Source of the DNA: Candidatus Avigastranaerophilus sp.
GTDB taxonomy: Bacteria > Muiribacteriota > Ozemobacteria > Ozemobacterales > Ozemobacteraceae
Length of the DNA stretch: 64,000 bases
Assembly (NCBI GenBank): GCA_045599645.1
Contig: JAZRWI010000004.1
Span: 76,803-140,802 of the forward strand
Reading direction: 5' to 3'
Below are positions 19,499-29,602 of the stretch, piece by piece. Within the stretch, counting starts at the first letter, position 1. Each line of letters begins with the position of its first letter. A program made the translations under genes and the position numbers. A model generated the notes under the pieces. That model saw only the letters and a list, made by a program, of their open reading frames with translations. It was not told where the DNA came from and did no database searches.

Positions 19499-19705
19499 AT
19501 GTGCAAAGCCTGGGAAGATTTAAAAGTTGAATTGTTAGCCAAAGGAGAAAAGAAGGGGAAAAAGGAGGGTAGAAAGGAAGGCGAAAAGAAAGAACAAGTT
19601 AAGTACATAAAGGAAAATCTAAAAAAAGCAAAAGCTCTTGTCAAAGCCGGCACAGCAAAGAGAATTGTTGCCAAAATCATGGGCGTTAATATAGCTTTAC
19701 TGTGA
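19499..19705 (+). CDS. Free-standing duplicate of the Rpn C-terminal domain (68 aa; RpnS-like small protein candidate)
   Basis: About 90% identical to 19174-19368. Same AAGGAG-N7-ATG RBS. Upstream frame closed by TAA. Confidence 0.45.
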   Translation: MCKAWEDLKVELLAKGEKKGKKEGRKEGEKKEQVKYIKENLKKAKALVKAGTAKRIVAKIMGVNIALL

Positions 19706-19744
19706 AGACTATAAACGTCAAAGCTACAACCTTGAACCGCATAT

Positions 19745-19905
19745 TGAATACCTCCAAATGCTAATGGCCATTCGCAATCAATATCAATATTCAATGAAGC
19801 CGATATCAGTAAACCCCGTTCCGCCAGTTATGACAAATCACCCTACACCTTGGAAGAAGCCATAACCGATTATATTCAGAACTATCTGATGAATAAAAGA
19901 AAAAC
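19745..19905 (+). pseudogene. Degenerate duplicate of the hldD 3' end (frameshifted remnant)
   Basis: Aligns to 18150-18315 (HIEYLQMLMAIRNQYQY... vs NIEYIEMPMSIRNQYQYF...). No intact frame. Confidence 0.65.
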
Positions 19906-19907
19906 GT

Positions 19908-20612
19908 ATGTTATTTATGAAAAACGCTTTAAAAAAAATACTATCAAAGAAAACAATCGATTTTCTAATTAAAATAAAAAACATCTTCCGATATCCATTT
20001 TTAGATGAGCACGAAAAGTCTGTTTTGAAATGGATTTATAGAAATTATGAAAAGAAGAGATTTAATTATAGATTAGGAAATGACATAGTATTTGATGTCG
20101 GTGGCTATAAAGGTGATTATACCGCAGAATTGTTAGAAACTAACCCAAACATAACTTCTTATATATTCGAACCGGTTTCTGTATTTGCGACCAATATAAA
20201 AAATAGATTTAATGATGATCCAAGAGTAAAGGTTTTCAATATAGGCTTATCAAATATTACTAAACAATTAGAAATTAATTTGGATAATGATGGTAGTAGT
20301 TTCCATAAGAAAGCCTTAGGCAATAAAAAAGAATATGCTCAGATTATCGACTTTAAAGATTTTATTGATGAAAATAAAATTGAACATATTGCTCTTTTGA
20401 AACTAAATATTGAAGGTGCAGAGTATGACTTATTAGAAAGAATTATTAATAGTAATTGTATAAATATAATTGATCATGTTCTAGTGCAATTCCATGATAT
20501 TGACAAACATTCAATCCAAAGAATGCACAAACTGCAAGAAATGCTGTCTAGAACTCACAAGTTATCATGGGCAATCAGACCTTTTGTTTGGGAAAGTTGG
20601 CAAAAGAAATAA
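19908..20612 (+). CDS. FkbM-family methyltransferase
   Basis: VFDVGGYKGDYT SAM motif. FkbM-domain length and layout. Sits in the polysaccharide locus. Confidence 0.7.
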   Translation: MLFMKNALKKILSKKTIDFLIKIKNIFRYPFLDEHEKSVLKWIYRNYEKKRFNYRLGNDIVFDVGGYKGDYTAELLETNPNITSYIFEPVSVFATNIKNRFNDDPRVKVFNIGLSNITKQLEINLDNDGSSFHKKALGNKKEYAQIIDFKDFIDENKIEHIALLKLNIEGAEYDLLERIINSNCINIIDHVLVQFHDIDKHSIQRMHKLQEMLSRTHKLSWAIRPFVWESWQKK

Positions 20613-20653
20613 TTTAATACATATTTTTATTCATAAATTACTTTTAATCTCCA

Positions 20654-22138
20654 TTACAAAACTTTTTTACTGAGATAGGTTCGCAAATTTTTGCAAGAAA
20701 TACTAGAAATTATAAGGATATAAAAGGCAATAAAGCAGCATTGTATAAACCCGACGTAGTCATAAGTATAAACCGGAATAAAACGCTTAGTCAGGTATGC
20801 CGATAGAAATAAAACTACAGTAGGAATAATTAAGTCATTCTTTATCCAGTAATTTTGTTCTTTTTTCAAATAACAAGAGAAAAATAATGGGAAACAAATA
20901 AATAGACCGAAATTTTGAATAACATTTCCCCATATAGCTCCATTTACGCCGTAATAAATAATCAAGGGTAATGATACTGCAAATATCAGTATTATTGTTA
21001 ACAAATGTGCCTTTATATTTATTTTAGGCATTCCAGCAGTATATGGCAAATGATATGGTAAAACCCCTAATTGAAAAAGATAACTACCGACAGCTAAAAT
21101 CTGAACAATAGGTGTTACATTATTTGCTATAGTTATATCCTTTGTCCAAAAGCCTATTATTATATGACCGAAAAAAATTAAAATACTAACAGCAACCCCA
21201 CTAACAATATTAATCAATTGACAACAGAGATGAAAATTATTAGCGGCTTCTTCATCATCATTAAGACTCTTCAGTCTAACAATATTTGGGTAAAAGGCTT
21301 GGGGAAGCGGTGTTATCAAAACGGTAATAACTTGAACAATATTAACACCAAAAGAATAGTTACCAAAATCTTGTAATAAAAGAAACTTTGAAAGAATTAT
21401 TTTATCAGACTGAGTACAAAGAAAGTTCAAAGCTGAGTTACAAACACTACCTAGTGCAAAAGACCAATTACTTTTCATTTCATCAATAGAAAATCTAGCT
21501 TCTTTAAACATGCCAGGTAACAATGTATATACATAAATGCTCTGAGATATTACAGTAAAAAGAGATAACACACCTTGCCAATAGAAAAATACTTTTATTG
21601 TAGGTGCAAAAAATTTTAATGCATAAATTACTCCCACATTACGTAATGTGCTTGTGATAACAAGAATCCAGTTCAAACCAATCTGCTTTTGTAAACCGAT
21701 AAGGACACTACGATAAATTCCTTCCATGCATCTCATTGCAACTACAAAGCCAGCTATGGCTACAGCTTCAATAATCATTTCTTTAGATAAAACTTCAGCT
21801 TTCAACCAATAATCTGCAATATAACTAGAACAAATTAAGACAATTAAAGCAAATATTGAGCAAAAACTAATTCCAAAAATTTCAGTTGTTCTCAAAAGAT
21901 TTCTAGTGGATTCAAGTGTTCTTTCATTGCCAGTAAATCGAGACATTTCACGATTTATTGCGGGAGTTATAGCAGAATCAACAATACTTAATGTAAGTTG
22001 CAATAAAGTAAATAAACCAATTAAACCATAAGCTTCCATTCCTAGATATTTTATATAAACAGGAATGAAAATAAAACTCATGATGGCAGACCAACCCTGC
22101 CCAATATAATTAGCTATTACATTCTTTTTTAGTGACAA
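20654..22138 (-). CDS. wzx: Polysaccharide flippase Wzx (MOP superfamily)
   Basis: 494 aa, about 12 TM helices. N-terminus NVIANYIGQGWSAIMSFIFIPVYIKYLG is typical of Wzx. Confidence 0.75.
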   Translation of the reverse strand: MSLKKNVIANYIGQGWSAIMSFIFIPVYIKYLGMEAYGLIGLFTLLQLTLSIVDSAITPAINREMSRFTGNERTLESTRNLLRTTEIFGISFCSIFALIVLICSSYIADYWLKAEVLSKEMIIEAVAIAGFVVAMRCMEGIYRSVLIGLQKQIGLNWILVITSTLRNVGVIYALKFFAPTIKVFFYWQGVLSLFTVISQSIYVYTLLPGMFKEARFSIDEMKSNWSFALGSVCNSALNFLCTQSDKIILSKFLLLQDFGNYSFGVNIVQVITVLITPLPQAFYPNIVRLKSLNDDEEAANNFHLCCQLINIVSGVAVSILIFFGHIIIGFWTKDITIANNVTPIVQILAVGSYLFQLGVLPYHLPYTAGMPKINIKAHLLTIILIFAVSLPLIIYYGVNGAIWGNVIQNFGLFICFPLFFSCYLKKEQNYWIKNDLIIPTVVLFLSAYLTKRFIPVYTYDYVGFIQCCFIAFYILIISSISCKNLRTYLSKKVL

Positions 22139-22160
22139 AATCGTTTTCCAAATAATCTAA

Positions 22161-23165
22161 CTAACAAGAAATCCTAAGTAATTCTGATTTTCCTTGAAAA
22201 CTGATATTAACAGAATTTGAAGGAATGAAAATACAATCACCCTTTTTATACATTATAGCATCATTTTCATTATAATACATTATTCCAGAACCAATAATAC
22301 AAAGATAAACAACGAAAGTATTGCAATCTGTCCTAGTTGAATATTTTTTTTCTGTATGCTCTGTATCGATAAGAAGTCTTTCAACTTGAAAATATTTGCA
22401 TCTGCAAAGAAGTTCTGAAGCGCATGATTTTGAATACCGCAGAACCCTCATTGGCTGATTTGGTGTTATAGCAACGTCTAAATTAGCTACATCAAGTGCT
22501 TTTTTTATGTGCAGTTCTCTAGTTTTACCATTTTTTTCGATTCTATTGTAGTCATAAAGTCTATAAGTAATATCAGAATTCTGTTGAATTTCAGCTAATA
22601 GGATTCCAGAACCAATAGCGTGAATTGTACCAGGTTTAATGAAGAAGACATCACCTTTTTTTACTTCTATACTTTGGACATAATTATTAATACAATCATT
22701 ATTAATACTGTTAATAATATCTGTTTTACTGACACTATGATTTAGACCATAAATAATCTTAGAATTTTTATCTGCCTCTAGTATATACCACAATTCATGT
22801 TTTCCATGATTCCCGTTTTCATGTATGAAAGCATATTCATCATCAGGATGAACTTGTATAGATAAATCCTGTTTTGCATCAATTAGCTTTACCAATATTG
22901 GAAAATCTTTTAAATCCTTAGTATTAGAACCTAGAATTTCTGGATTATTCTCAATTATTTCTTTCAAGGTTTTTCCAGAAAAAAAACCACTAGCTATTAT
23001 ACTTAAGCCATTCTGTTGGATTGAGCATTCCCAGGTTTCAGCAAGATTTTCGATATCTGTTTTTTTATGATAACCGTTTTTAAGCTTATTACCACCCCAT
23101 ATTTTTTCGATGAAAGCTGGTGTAAGCAAAAATGGTTCATTTAAATGTGTATTTTTGTTTATCAT
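22161..23165 (-). CDS. manA: Mannose-6-phosphate isomerase, class I (cupin)
   Basis: IWGGNKL...LSIQVHPDD zinc-binding motif of type I PMI. Confidence 0.7.
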   Translation of the reverse strand: MINKNTHLNEPFLLTPAFIEKIWGGNKLKNGYHKKTDIENLAETWECSIQQNGLSIIASGFFSGKTLKEIIENNPEILGSNTKDLKDFPILVKLIDAKQDLSIQVHPDDEYAFIHENGNHGKHELWYILEADKNSKIIYGLNHSVSKTDIINSINNDCINNYVQSIEVKKGDVFFIKPGTIHAIGSGILLAEIQQNSDITYRLYDYNRIEKNGKTRELHIKKALDVANLDVAITPNQPMRVLRYSKSCASELLCRCKYFQVERLLIDTEHTEKKYSTRTDCNTFVVYLCIIGSGIMYYNENDAIMYKKGDCIFIPSNSVNISFQGKSELLRISC

Positions 23166-24450
23166 CTACAGAAATATCTTTACCTAATTGCACTTCTATT
23201 AATTGTAATTCTGTTTCAGCTATAACCATATGCTTACAACCAGCTTCCATAGCAATTACATCACCAGCTTTAACAGACTGTTCCATGCCATCAACAATGG
23301 TTTTTCCATTACCACTGATAGCAACCCATACTTCATTTCGCTTCTGATGACTATGATAATTCATGCGCGCACCAGGATTCAAAGTAATTTTAATAGTCAT
23401 ACTATCAGGATTTATATCAATTACTTTATAACTACCCCAGGATTTTTCAGCAAACATTGTTGGTTGTATTATTTTGTCTACAAAAGGTTTAATAAAACTG
23501 GAATCATTTTTATCTGAAACAAGTATGCCATCAGGGCCAGCAGTAATAACAACATCTTTAAGCCCCATAGCAAGCAATGGAATATTTGTTTCATTTATAA
23601 TATGAACATTAGAACACTTTTCATTCATCATAGCTTTGCCGATAATTCCGTCATCCATAGCCTCAGTAAAAGTATTCCAAGTACCTAAGTCTTTCCATTG
23701 CCCAGCAAATCTCATAACTTGTATGCTATTTTCGTGTTCAACTACAGCATAATCAAAACTGATTTTTTTCAGAGTTTCATATTTAGCATATAAATCATAG
23801 TAATCAGTAAAATCAATCAATTCATGTGCTTTATCTAATACATAACTTATCTTATAAGCAAAAACTCCACCATTCCACAAAGCGCCTTTACTAATATATT
23901 CTTCAGCAGCTTTAGTATTTGGTTTTTCCTTAAACATCAAAACCTTACTAGTATCATTATTGTTTTCAGGAATAATATATCCATATTTTTCACTAGGATA
24001 AGTAGGTTCAATACCCATCAATACAAGTTTTGCATCATTATCAGAAGCTCGTTGGCATAATTTGTTTATTGCTTTAAAATAATCAACTTCAACAAAAGGG
24101 TCTACAGGACATACAACAACAACTTCATTTTTATCAACTTTTTGAATCTCATTCAGATATGCTGTAGCAAGTGCAATTGCGGGAAAAGTATCACGTCTGC
24201 ATGGTTCTATTGAAATGCCAACATTATTTCCAAGCTGATTATATATAGACGAAACCTGCGCTTTAGAGGTTGCTATTGTAATAATAGCATTTTTATCGAC
24301 AGACCTAATCTGTCTATAGATTCTTTGAAGCATAGATTCATAAGTGCCATCTTCTTTTTTGAATAGTTTAATAAACTGTTTTGACCTAATATCATTCGAG
24401 AGAGGCCATAGTCTTTTTCCAGAGCCACCAGAAAGTAAAATAATGTTCAT
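23137..24450 (-). CDS. manC: Mannose-1-phosphate guanylyltransferase (GDP-mannose pyrophosphorylase)
   Basis: N-terminal LSGGSGKRLWPLS nucleotidyltransferase motif. C-terminal cupin domain. Confidence 0.85.
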   Translation of the reverse strand: MNIILLSGGSGKRLWPLSNDIRSKQFIKLFKKEDGTYESMLQRIYRQIRSVDKNAIITIATSKAQVSSIYNQLGNNVGISIEPCRRDTFPAIALATAYLNEIQKVDKNEVVVVCPVDPFVEVDYFKAINKLCQRASDNDAKLVLMGIEPTYPSEKYGYIIPENNNDTSKVLMFKEKPNTKAAEEYISKGALWNGGVFAYKISYVLDKAHELIDFTDYYDLYAKYETLKKISFDYAVVEHENSIQVMRFAGQWKDLGTWNTFTEAMDDGIIGKAMMNEKCSNVHIINETNIPLLAMGLKDVVITAGPDGILVSDKNDSSFIKPFVDKIIQPTMFAEKSWGSYKVIDINPDSMTIKITLNPGARMNYHSHQKRNEVWVAISGNGKTIVDGMEQSVKAGDVIAMEAGCKHMVIAETELQLIEVQLGKDISVDDKQKYTFK

Positions 24451-24453
24451 ATC

Positions 24454-25392
24454 TCATCTCTTTGCAAATTCAGGATGCTTTAAAAAGTCTTCGTAGGTAA
24501 TACGGATACCATCTTTCAATTCAGTTTTGTATTTCCAGCCTAGTGCTTCAGCTTTTGTAGTGTCTAATAGCTTACAAGGCATCCCATCTGGTTTCGAAGT
24601 ATCGAATAAAATCTCGCCTTTATATCCCACTATTTCAGCTATGAACTTTGCCAATTCACCTATTGAAACATCAGAGCCATAACCTATATTTACAAATTCA
24701 TTTTTATGATAATTTTCTAGAAAGTATACTGCAGCATCAGCTAAATCATCTACAAAAAGAAATTCTCTGCGTTGCTTTCCAGACCCCCAAACAACAACAC
24801 TTAAATCATTATTAATCTTAGCTTCATGAAAGCGTCTAAGCAATGAAGCCATTACATGTGCATTCTCATTATAATGATCATTTATTCCATAAATATTGCA
24901 AGGCATTATGCTTATATAATCTCTACCATACTGTCTGTTGTAATATTCACAGCTCTTTAAACCAGCTGTCTTAGCAATCGCATAGCCTTCATTTGTTGGC
25001 TCAAAAGGACCTGTTAATAGGTATTCTTCTTTCATTGGTTGCTGGCACATTCTAGGATAAATACATGATGAGCCAAGAAAAAGCAGACGATTAACATTAT
25101 TTCTGTTAGCTGCTTCAAAAACATTTGCTTGAATCATCAAGTTTATCATTAGCATATCTGCAGGATATTCTATATTTTTTTTAATCCCACCGACAGCTGC
25201 AGCAGCTAAAATTACAACTTCTGGTTTTTCTTTTTCAAAGTAATCAAACACAGCAGCCTGATTGGTTAAGTCTAATTCTTTTGATGTTTTATAAATAAGG
25301 TTTACATAACCCTTCTGAGACAATTTTCTCAGAATAGCAGAGCCAACCATACCATGATGACCACAAACATATATTTTTGATTCTTTATTCAT
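24454..25392 (-). CDS. GDP-L-fucose synthase homolog. In this context more likely GDP-L-colitose synthase (ColC-like 3,5-epimerase/4-reductase)
   Basis: [14 protein letters not shown] Fcl-type N-terminus. Catalytic Y/K region. Lies downstream of the ColD-like gene. Confidence 0.75.
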   Translation of the reverse strand: MNKESKIYVCGHHGMVGSAILRKLSQKGYVNLIYKTSKELDLTNQAAVFDYFEKEKPEVVILAAAAVGGIKKNIEYPADMLMINLMIQANVFEAANRNNVNRLLFLGSSCIYPRMCQQPMKEEYLLTGPFEPTNEGYAIAKTAGLKSCEYYNRQYGRDYISIMPCNIYGINDHYNENAHVMASLLRRFHEAKINNDLSVVVWGSGKQRREFLFVDDLADAAVYFLENYHKNEFVNIGYGSDVSIGELAKFIAEIVGYKGEILFDTSKPDGMPCKLLDTTKAEALGWKYKTELKDGIRITYEDFLKHPEFAKR

Positions 25393-25393
25393 T

Positions 25394-26560
25394 TTATTTA
25401 ACTGTGTCCAATGTGTTCTTTAATAATTCCAATTGTTCTTTCATAAAAACAGAATGGTTACCGACAAAAAATCCATTACTATGTATATAATCAGCATTTA
25501 TTAGTTTTCCGCTAATAGAAGCATTCATATATTTAAACGCAGGTTGTTTGGCAAAGTTACCAGCAACGATTGGTCTTACTTCAATACCAGCTTCTTTAAT
25601 GGCTTTTATAAATTTACCTCTTTGCCCAACTAATTTTGGAGCAAGAATAATAGCAAAACCGAACCAAGAAGCTTTTCCAATTTCATGCTGAGTTAAAAAT
25701 CTATTATCATCATTCATTATCTGTTTGAATAGAACGGCATTTTGGCGTCTTATTTCAAGGAAAGCATCGAGTTTCTTCAATTGTTCAATACCTATAGCAG
25801 CCTCAATTTCAAGAGGTCTTAGGTTATAACCAGGCATAATAAATTGAAAGCTTTCATAAAAGTCATCATCATTTTTAGTATAAAGACTGCTTGTTTTAGG
25901 TAGATTTCTAGTCCATCCATGAGCCCTTATAGAAAGCATATAATGATAGAGTTCTTCATCATCAGTTACAGTCACGCCACCTTCCATTGTTGCTAAGTGA
26001 TGTGAATAGAATGTAGAAAATGTTCCTAAAACACCGAATGTCCCAGCTTTTTTTCCATCTAATTCTGCCCCCATTGATTCACAATTATCTTCAATGAAAA
26101 ATAAGCCATGATTTTTACATAGTTCTGAAAGTTTATGATAATCAACGATATTGCCTAACAGATTTACGGCAAAGATTGCCTTAGTATTTGGTGTAATTGC
26201 TTCTTCGATTTTTGATATATCAATATCTAGAGTATTGATGTCAATATCTACAAGTCTTAATTTTAAACCATGTTGTTCAAGTGGGAAATATGTGGTACTC
26301 CAAGAAACGGCAGGAACAATAACCTCATCACCTTTTTTCAGTCTACCGGAATACATAAGTGAAGCAACAGCAAGAAGATTAGCAGAAGAACCAGAGTTAG
26401 ACATAACTGCAAATTTAGAGTTAAACTTTTCAGCAAACATCTTTTCATAACTACTAACCTGTTCGCCCATCGTAAATCTGTTAGATTTAACAACTTTATC
26501 TATGGCATTTATTTCTTTTTCATCCCAGGTATCATTAGAAAGACTGTAATTAATTTTCAT
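25394..26560 (-). CDS. colD: GDP-4-keto-6-deoxy-D-mannose 3-dehydratase (ColD-like, DegT/AHBA-synthase fold)
   Basis: Strong resemblance to E. coli O55 ColD as recalled from memory ([49 protein letters not shown]). His-His replaces the PLP-binding Lys of aminotransferases. Start at MKINYSL (26560). Confidence 0.75.
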   Translation of the reverse strand: MKINYSLSNDTWDEKEINAIDKVVKSNRFTMGEQVSSYEKMFAEKFNSKFAVMSNSGSSANLLAVASLMYSGRLKKGDEVIVPAVSWSTTYFPLEQHGLKLRLVDIDINTLDIDISKIEEAITPNTKAIFAVNLLGNIVDYHKLSELCKNHGLFFIEDNCESMGAELDGKKAGTFGVLGTFSTFYSHHLATMEGGVTVTDDEELYHYMLSIRAHGWTRNLPKTSSLYTKNDDDFYESFQFIMPGYNLRPLEIEAAIGIEQLKKLDAFLEIRRQNAVLFKQIMNDDNRFLTQHEIGKASWFGFAIILAPKLVGQRGKFIKAIKEAGIEVRPIVAGNFAKQPAFKYMNASISGKLINADYIHSNGFFVGNHSVFMKEQLELLKNTLDTVK

Positions 26561-27596
26561 TTGAAACTTCTCGAGCAACTTTCTTCATGTCATGTTCAGT
26601 CATAATTTTAACTAAATCATCAAAAGATGTTTTTGAAGGATTCCAGCCAAGCTTAGTCTTGGCTTTTGAAGGATTGCCTAAAAGATTTACTACATCTGTA
26701 GGGCGATAATATTCAGGAGAAACTTCAATTATGACTTTCCCATTAGCTCTATCGTAGCCCTTTTCATTCTGCCCCTCACCCTTGAATTCTAGTTCAATAC
26801 CAGCATAATGGAATGCAAGCTGGCAAAATTCTCTTACTGTATGCTGTTCACCAGTGGCAATAACATAATCATCCGGTTCCTTCTGCTGTAATATTAACCA
26901 CATGCATTCTACATAATCCTTAGCATAGCCCCAGTCTCTAAGACTTGATAGATTTCCAAGAAATAGTTTATCTTGTTTACCTTGTTTTATTCTAGCAGCA
27001 GCAAGCGTAATTTTTCTTGTAACAAAGGTTTCACCGCGACGTTCAGATTCATGATTAAAAAGAATACCATTGCAGCAATACATTTCGTAGGCTTCTCTGT
27101 ATTCCTTCATTATCCAGAAGCCATATTGCTTAGCAATCGCATATGGGCTATAAGGATGGAATGGAGTGGATTCGCTTTGTGGCACTTCTTCAACCTTTCC
27201 ATAAAGTTCAGAAGTTGAGGCCTGATATATTCTGCAAGTTTTTTCCAATCCGCAGATGCGAACGGCTTCCAATAATCTTAAAACTCCAGTTGCTACAACA
27301 TCAGCAGTATATTCTGGAACATCAAAGGAAACCTGAACATGGCTTTGGGCAGCTAAGTTAAATATTTCATCTGGTTTTATTTTGGCAATAACTTTAACAA
27401 GTCCTATGGAATCTGTCATATCACCATAATGAAGGATAAAATTTTTATTACCTTCTAAGTGAGCAATTCGTTCTCTATATTCAGTAGAGGAACGTCGGAT
27501 TAATCCATGTACCTCATAACCTTTTTCAAGGAGTAATTCAGCAAGAAATGAACCATCTTGCCCTGTAACACCTGTTATTAATGCTTTTTTTCTCAT
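26550..27596 (-). CDS. gmd: GDP-mannose 4,6-dehydratase
   Basis: [35 protein letters not shown] is near-identical to the Gmd consensus. Start at MRKKAL. Confidence 0.9.
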   Translation of the reverse strand: MRKKALITGVTGQDGSFLAELLLEKGYEVHGLIRRSSTEYRERIAHLEGNKNFILHYGDMTDSIGLVKVIAKIKPDEIFNLAAQSHVQVSFDVPEYTADVVATGVLRLLEAVRICGLEKTCRIYQASTSELYGKVEEVPQSESTPFHPYSPYAIAKQYGFWIMKEYREAYEMYCCNGILFNHESERRGETFVTRKITLAAARIKQGKQDKLFLGNLSSLRDWGYAKDYVECMWLILQQKEPDDYVIATGEQHTVREFCQLAFHYAGIELEFKGEGQNEKGYDRANGKVIIEVSPEYYRPTDVVNLLGNPSKAKTKLGWNPSKTSFDDLVKIMTEHDMKKVAREVSNEN

Positions 27597-27686
27597 ATCT
27601 AGCAACTTTCTGTATTTTAATCGATTATAAAATAGATTTTACAATAAATCAATATAGCCTAATTTCCTAAAAACAAGCTAATATTA

Positions 27687-28592
27687 CTATAACATTACCC
27701 ATTCTGGTGGTATTAAATCTTCAATCTTAAAAGTTGGATCATTCATCCATAATTTGGGAGCATAAACAATCTTAGAAGGATTTTCATTTAAACAAGCGGC
27801 CCACCAACTGAAAGTGCTATTAGCAATGATATTATGTTTACATATACTCATCAATTTCATATCCCAATAGCTATTATCACCTTTATTAATATCGATTACA
27901 TTAAACTTATGATTGATTTTAAAATTATCTTTAACCCAATTAGGATCATCAGAAAATACAAAAAATTCAGGGTTCTCAATTCTTTTTTCAATTTCAGAAA
28001 TAGCATGTTGGTAAAAGCCGTTAGCTAACGGGGAACAATAAATTTTTTGATTAACTGGCTTTAAATAGTCACCTCTTCTGATATGCAAGGATACAGAATT
28101 TTTAGAATTCTTAATTTGGTCTGTTACTTTCATATTCTCATCATTCATGTATTCTTTAAAAGCTAAATCTTCCAGCAGAAGCTCTCTTATTTCCCAAAAA
28201 TATTTATAACTAGCCCAATTTCCCTTTATATAAATACTATCTTTTATATTTAAAACATCAGAATGAAAATTAACACCTACTTCACGATATACTTTTGAAA
28301 AAGGTTTTCTTATTAAATCTTTTGTATTCATATAAGGAATTAAATCAATAATTTTACCAATAAATAATGGTAAAGTGCCTGTTTCAAGCTTAAATAATGT
28401 TTCTTTATCAGCTAAAGACGCTTTAATATCAAATTTTGATAATTCATATTTTCTAAAATATTTATCAAAAAGACTTATATCTAGAAGAATTGGGGCATTA
28501 TCATTTAAAATACTTAGTTTCTTTGCTAGGGCATATTGAAACATTTGGTTTCCAAGACCACCGATTATTTGAACAGCAATAACTTTTTCCAT
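27687..28592 (-). CDS. GT11-family alpha-1,2-fucosyltransferase-like glycosyltransferase (candidate colitosyltransferase)
   Basis: GGLGNQMFQYA motif I of the GT11 family. Start likely MEKVIAV (28592). Confidence 0.7.
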   Translation of the reverse strand: MEKVIAVQIIGGLGNQMFQYALAKKLSILNDNAPILLDISLFDKYFRKYELSKFDIKASLADKETLFKLETGTLPLFIGKIIDLIPYMNTKDLIRKPFSKVYREVGVNFHSDVLNIKDSIYIKGNWASYKYFWEIRELLLEDLAFKEYMNDENMKVTDQIKNSKNSVSLHIRRGDYLKPVNQKIYCSPLANGFYQHAISEIEKRIENPEFFVFSDDPNWVKDNFKINHKFNVIDINKGDNSYWDMKLMSICKHNIIANSTFSWWAACLNENPSKIVYAPKLWMNDPTFKIEDLIPPEWVML

Positions 28593-28672
28593 ATTTTTAA
28601 TTCGAACCTTCATATCTAATAGCAATAAATCAAATGCTATTAGATTAATAAAAACGAATACCAATGATTTTA

Positions 28673-29602
28673 TTATTCAAGTTTTAACATTTCACCTAGC
28701 TTCAAATCATACGTTTGTGGCAATATCTTGTCAAAACCTGAACCATGACTAAGAGTTACTTCTCCATAGTATAGTTTTCCATCAACGTCATAAAAATCCG
28801 TTCTTACATATGGAAAATTTTTAGCTATGATTTTTCCAATAGCCTTCATTTTTTCCAAAGACTTAGGCGGTTCTATGTCAGGACCATTTATTGACTCTGG
28901 GCTTTTATTGCCAGAAACCCATAAAAAAGGTAATGGTTTCCAATTAGGATCATAAATTTTCCTCTTATTTAAACCTTCTCTATCAATACTACAATAAATG
29001 AACTTTAACTCGCCGTTAAAAAAAGTTAATTTATAATCATTAGGAATTTTGCCCTCTTTTGTTAGAAGCAATTTTTCTACAACAATGCATCGCTTAATAT
29101 TTTTATATTGCCATTCATGACTTGTATAATAGTAATTGGTATTTAACCACCTTCTACAATTTTCTTGAAGTTCTTTCCAATCAACTTTAGACTTATCCTT
29201 AATAATGTAATAATCCGCATTACCTCCATTTCCTTTTACAATGCAAGGGAAATCAGGAATGTTATCACTATTGACTTCCTTCCAATCATCAGTTTTAAAA
29301 ACTAAGGGAATAAGATATTCTTCCCCGAATTGATCAGATAACCATTTCCTGGATAAGTATTTATCAGTACAAATAGTAAAAAGGTCATCTCTTTTATTAA
29401 GTTTAAGCCATTGTAATTTCTCATTCAAAGTTTTAGGATTGATTAAATCCAATGGGTAACCTTGTTTCTTACAAAAATCTTTTTTTACACAATAAGCATC
29501 CCATGTTTTTGAACCGAATATCAAATTCGGTAATACAAATCTTATGAAAAAGTAAATATTATAAACAATAGAAATATTTTTTAGTTTCGTTTTTAGTCCC
29601 AT
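28673..29602 (-). CDS. TupA-like ATP-grasp protein
   Basis: KTLNEKLQWLKL, YLIPL, NTNYYY..EWQYKNIK, FPYVRTDFYDVDGKLYYGEVT, HGSGF fit the TupA-like ATPgrasp family pattern. Confidence 0.6.
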   Translation of the reverse strand: MGLKTKLKNISIVYNIYFFIRFVLPNLIFGSKTWDAYCVKKDFCKKQGYPLDLINPKTLNEKLQWLKLNKRDDLFTICTDKYLSRKWLSDQFGEEYLIPLVFKTDDWKEVNSDNIPDFPCIVKGNGGNADYYIIKDKSKVDWKELQENCRRWLNTNYYYTSHEWQYKNIKRCIVVEKLLLTKEGKIPNDYKLTFFNGELKFIYCSIDREGLNKRKIYDPNWKPLPFLWVSGNKSPESINGPDIEPPKSLEKMKAIGKIIAKNFPYVRTDFYDVDGKLYYGEVTLSHGSGFDKILPQTYDLKLGEMLKLE

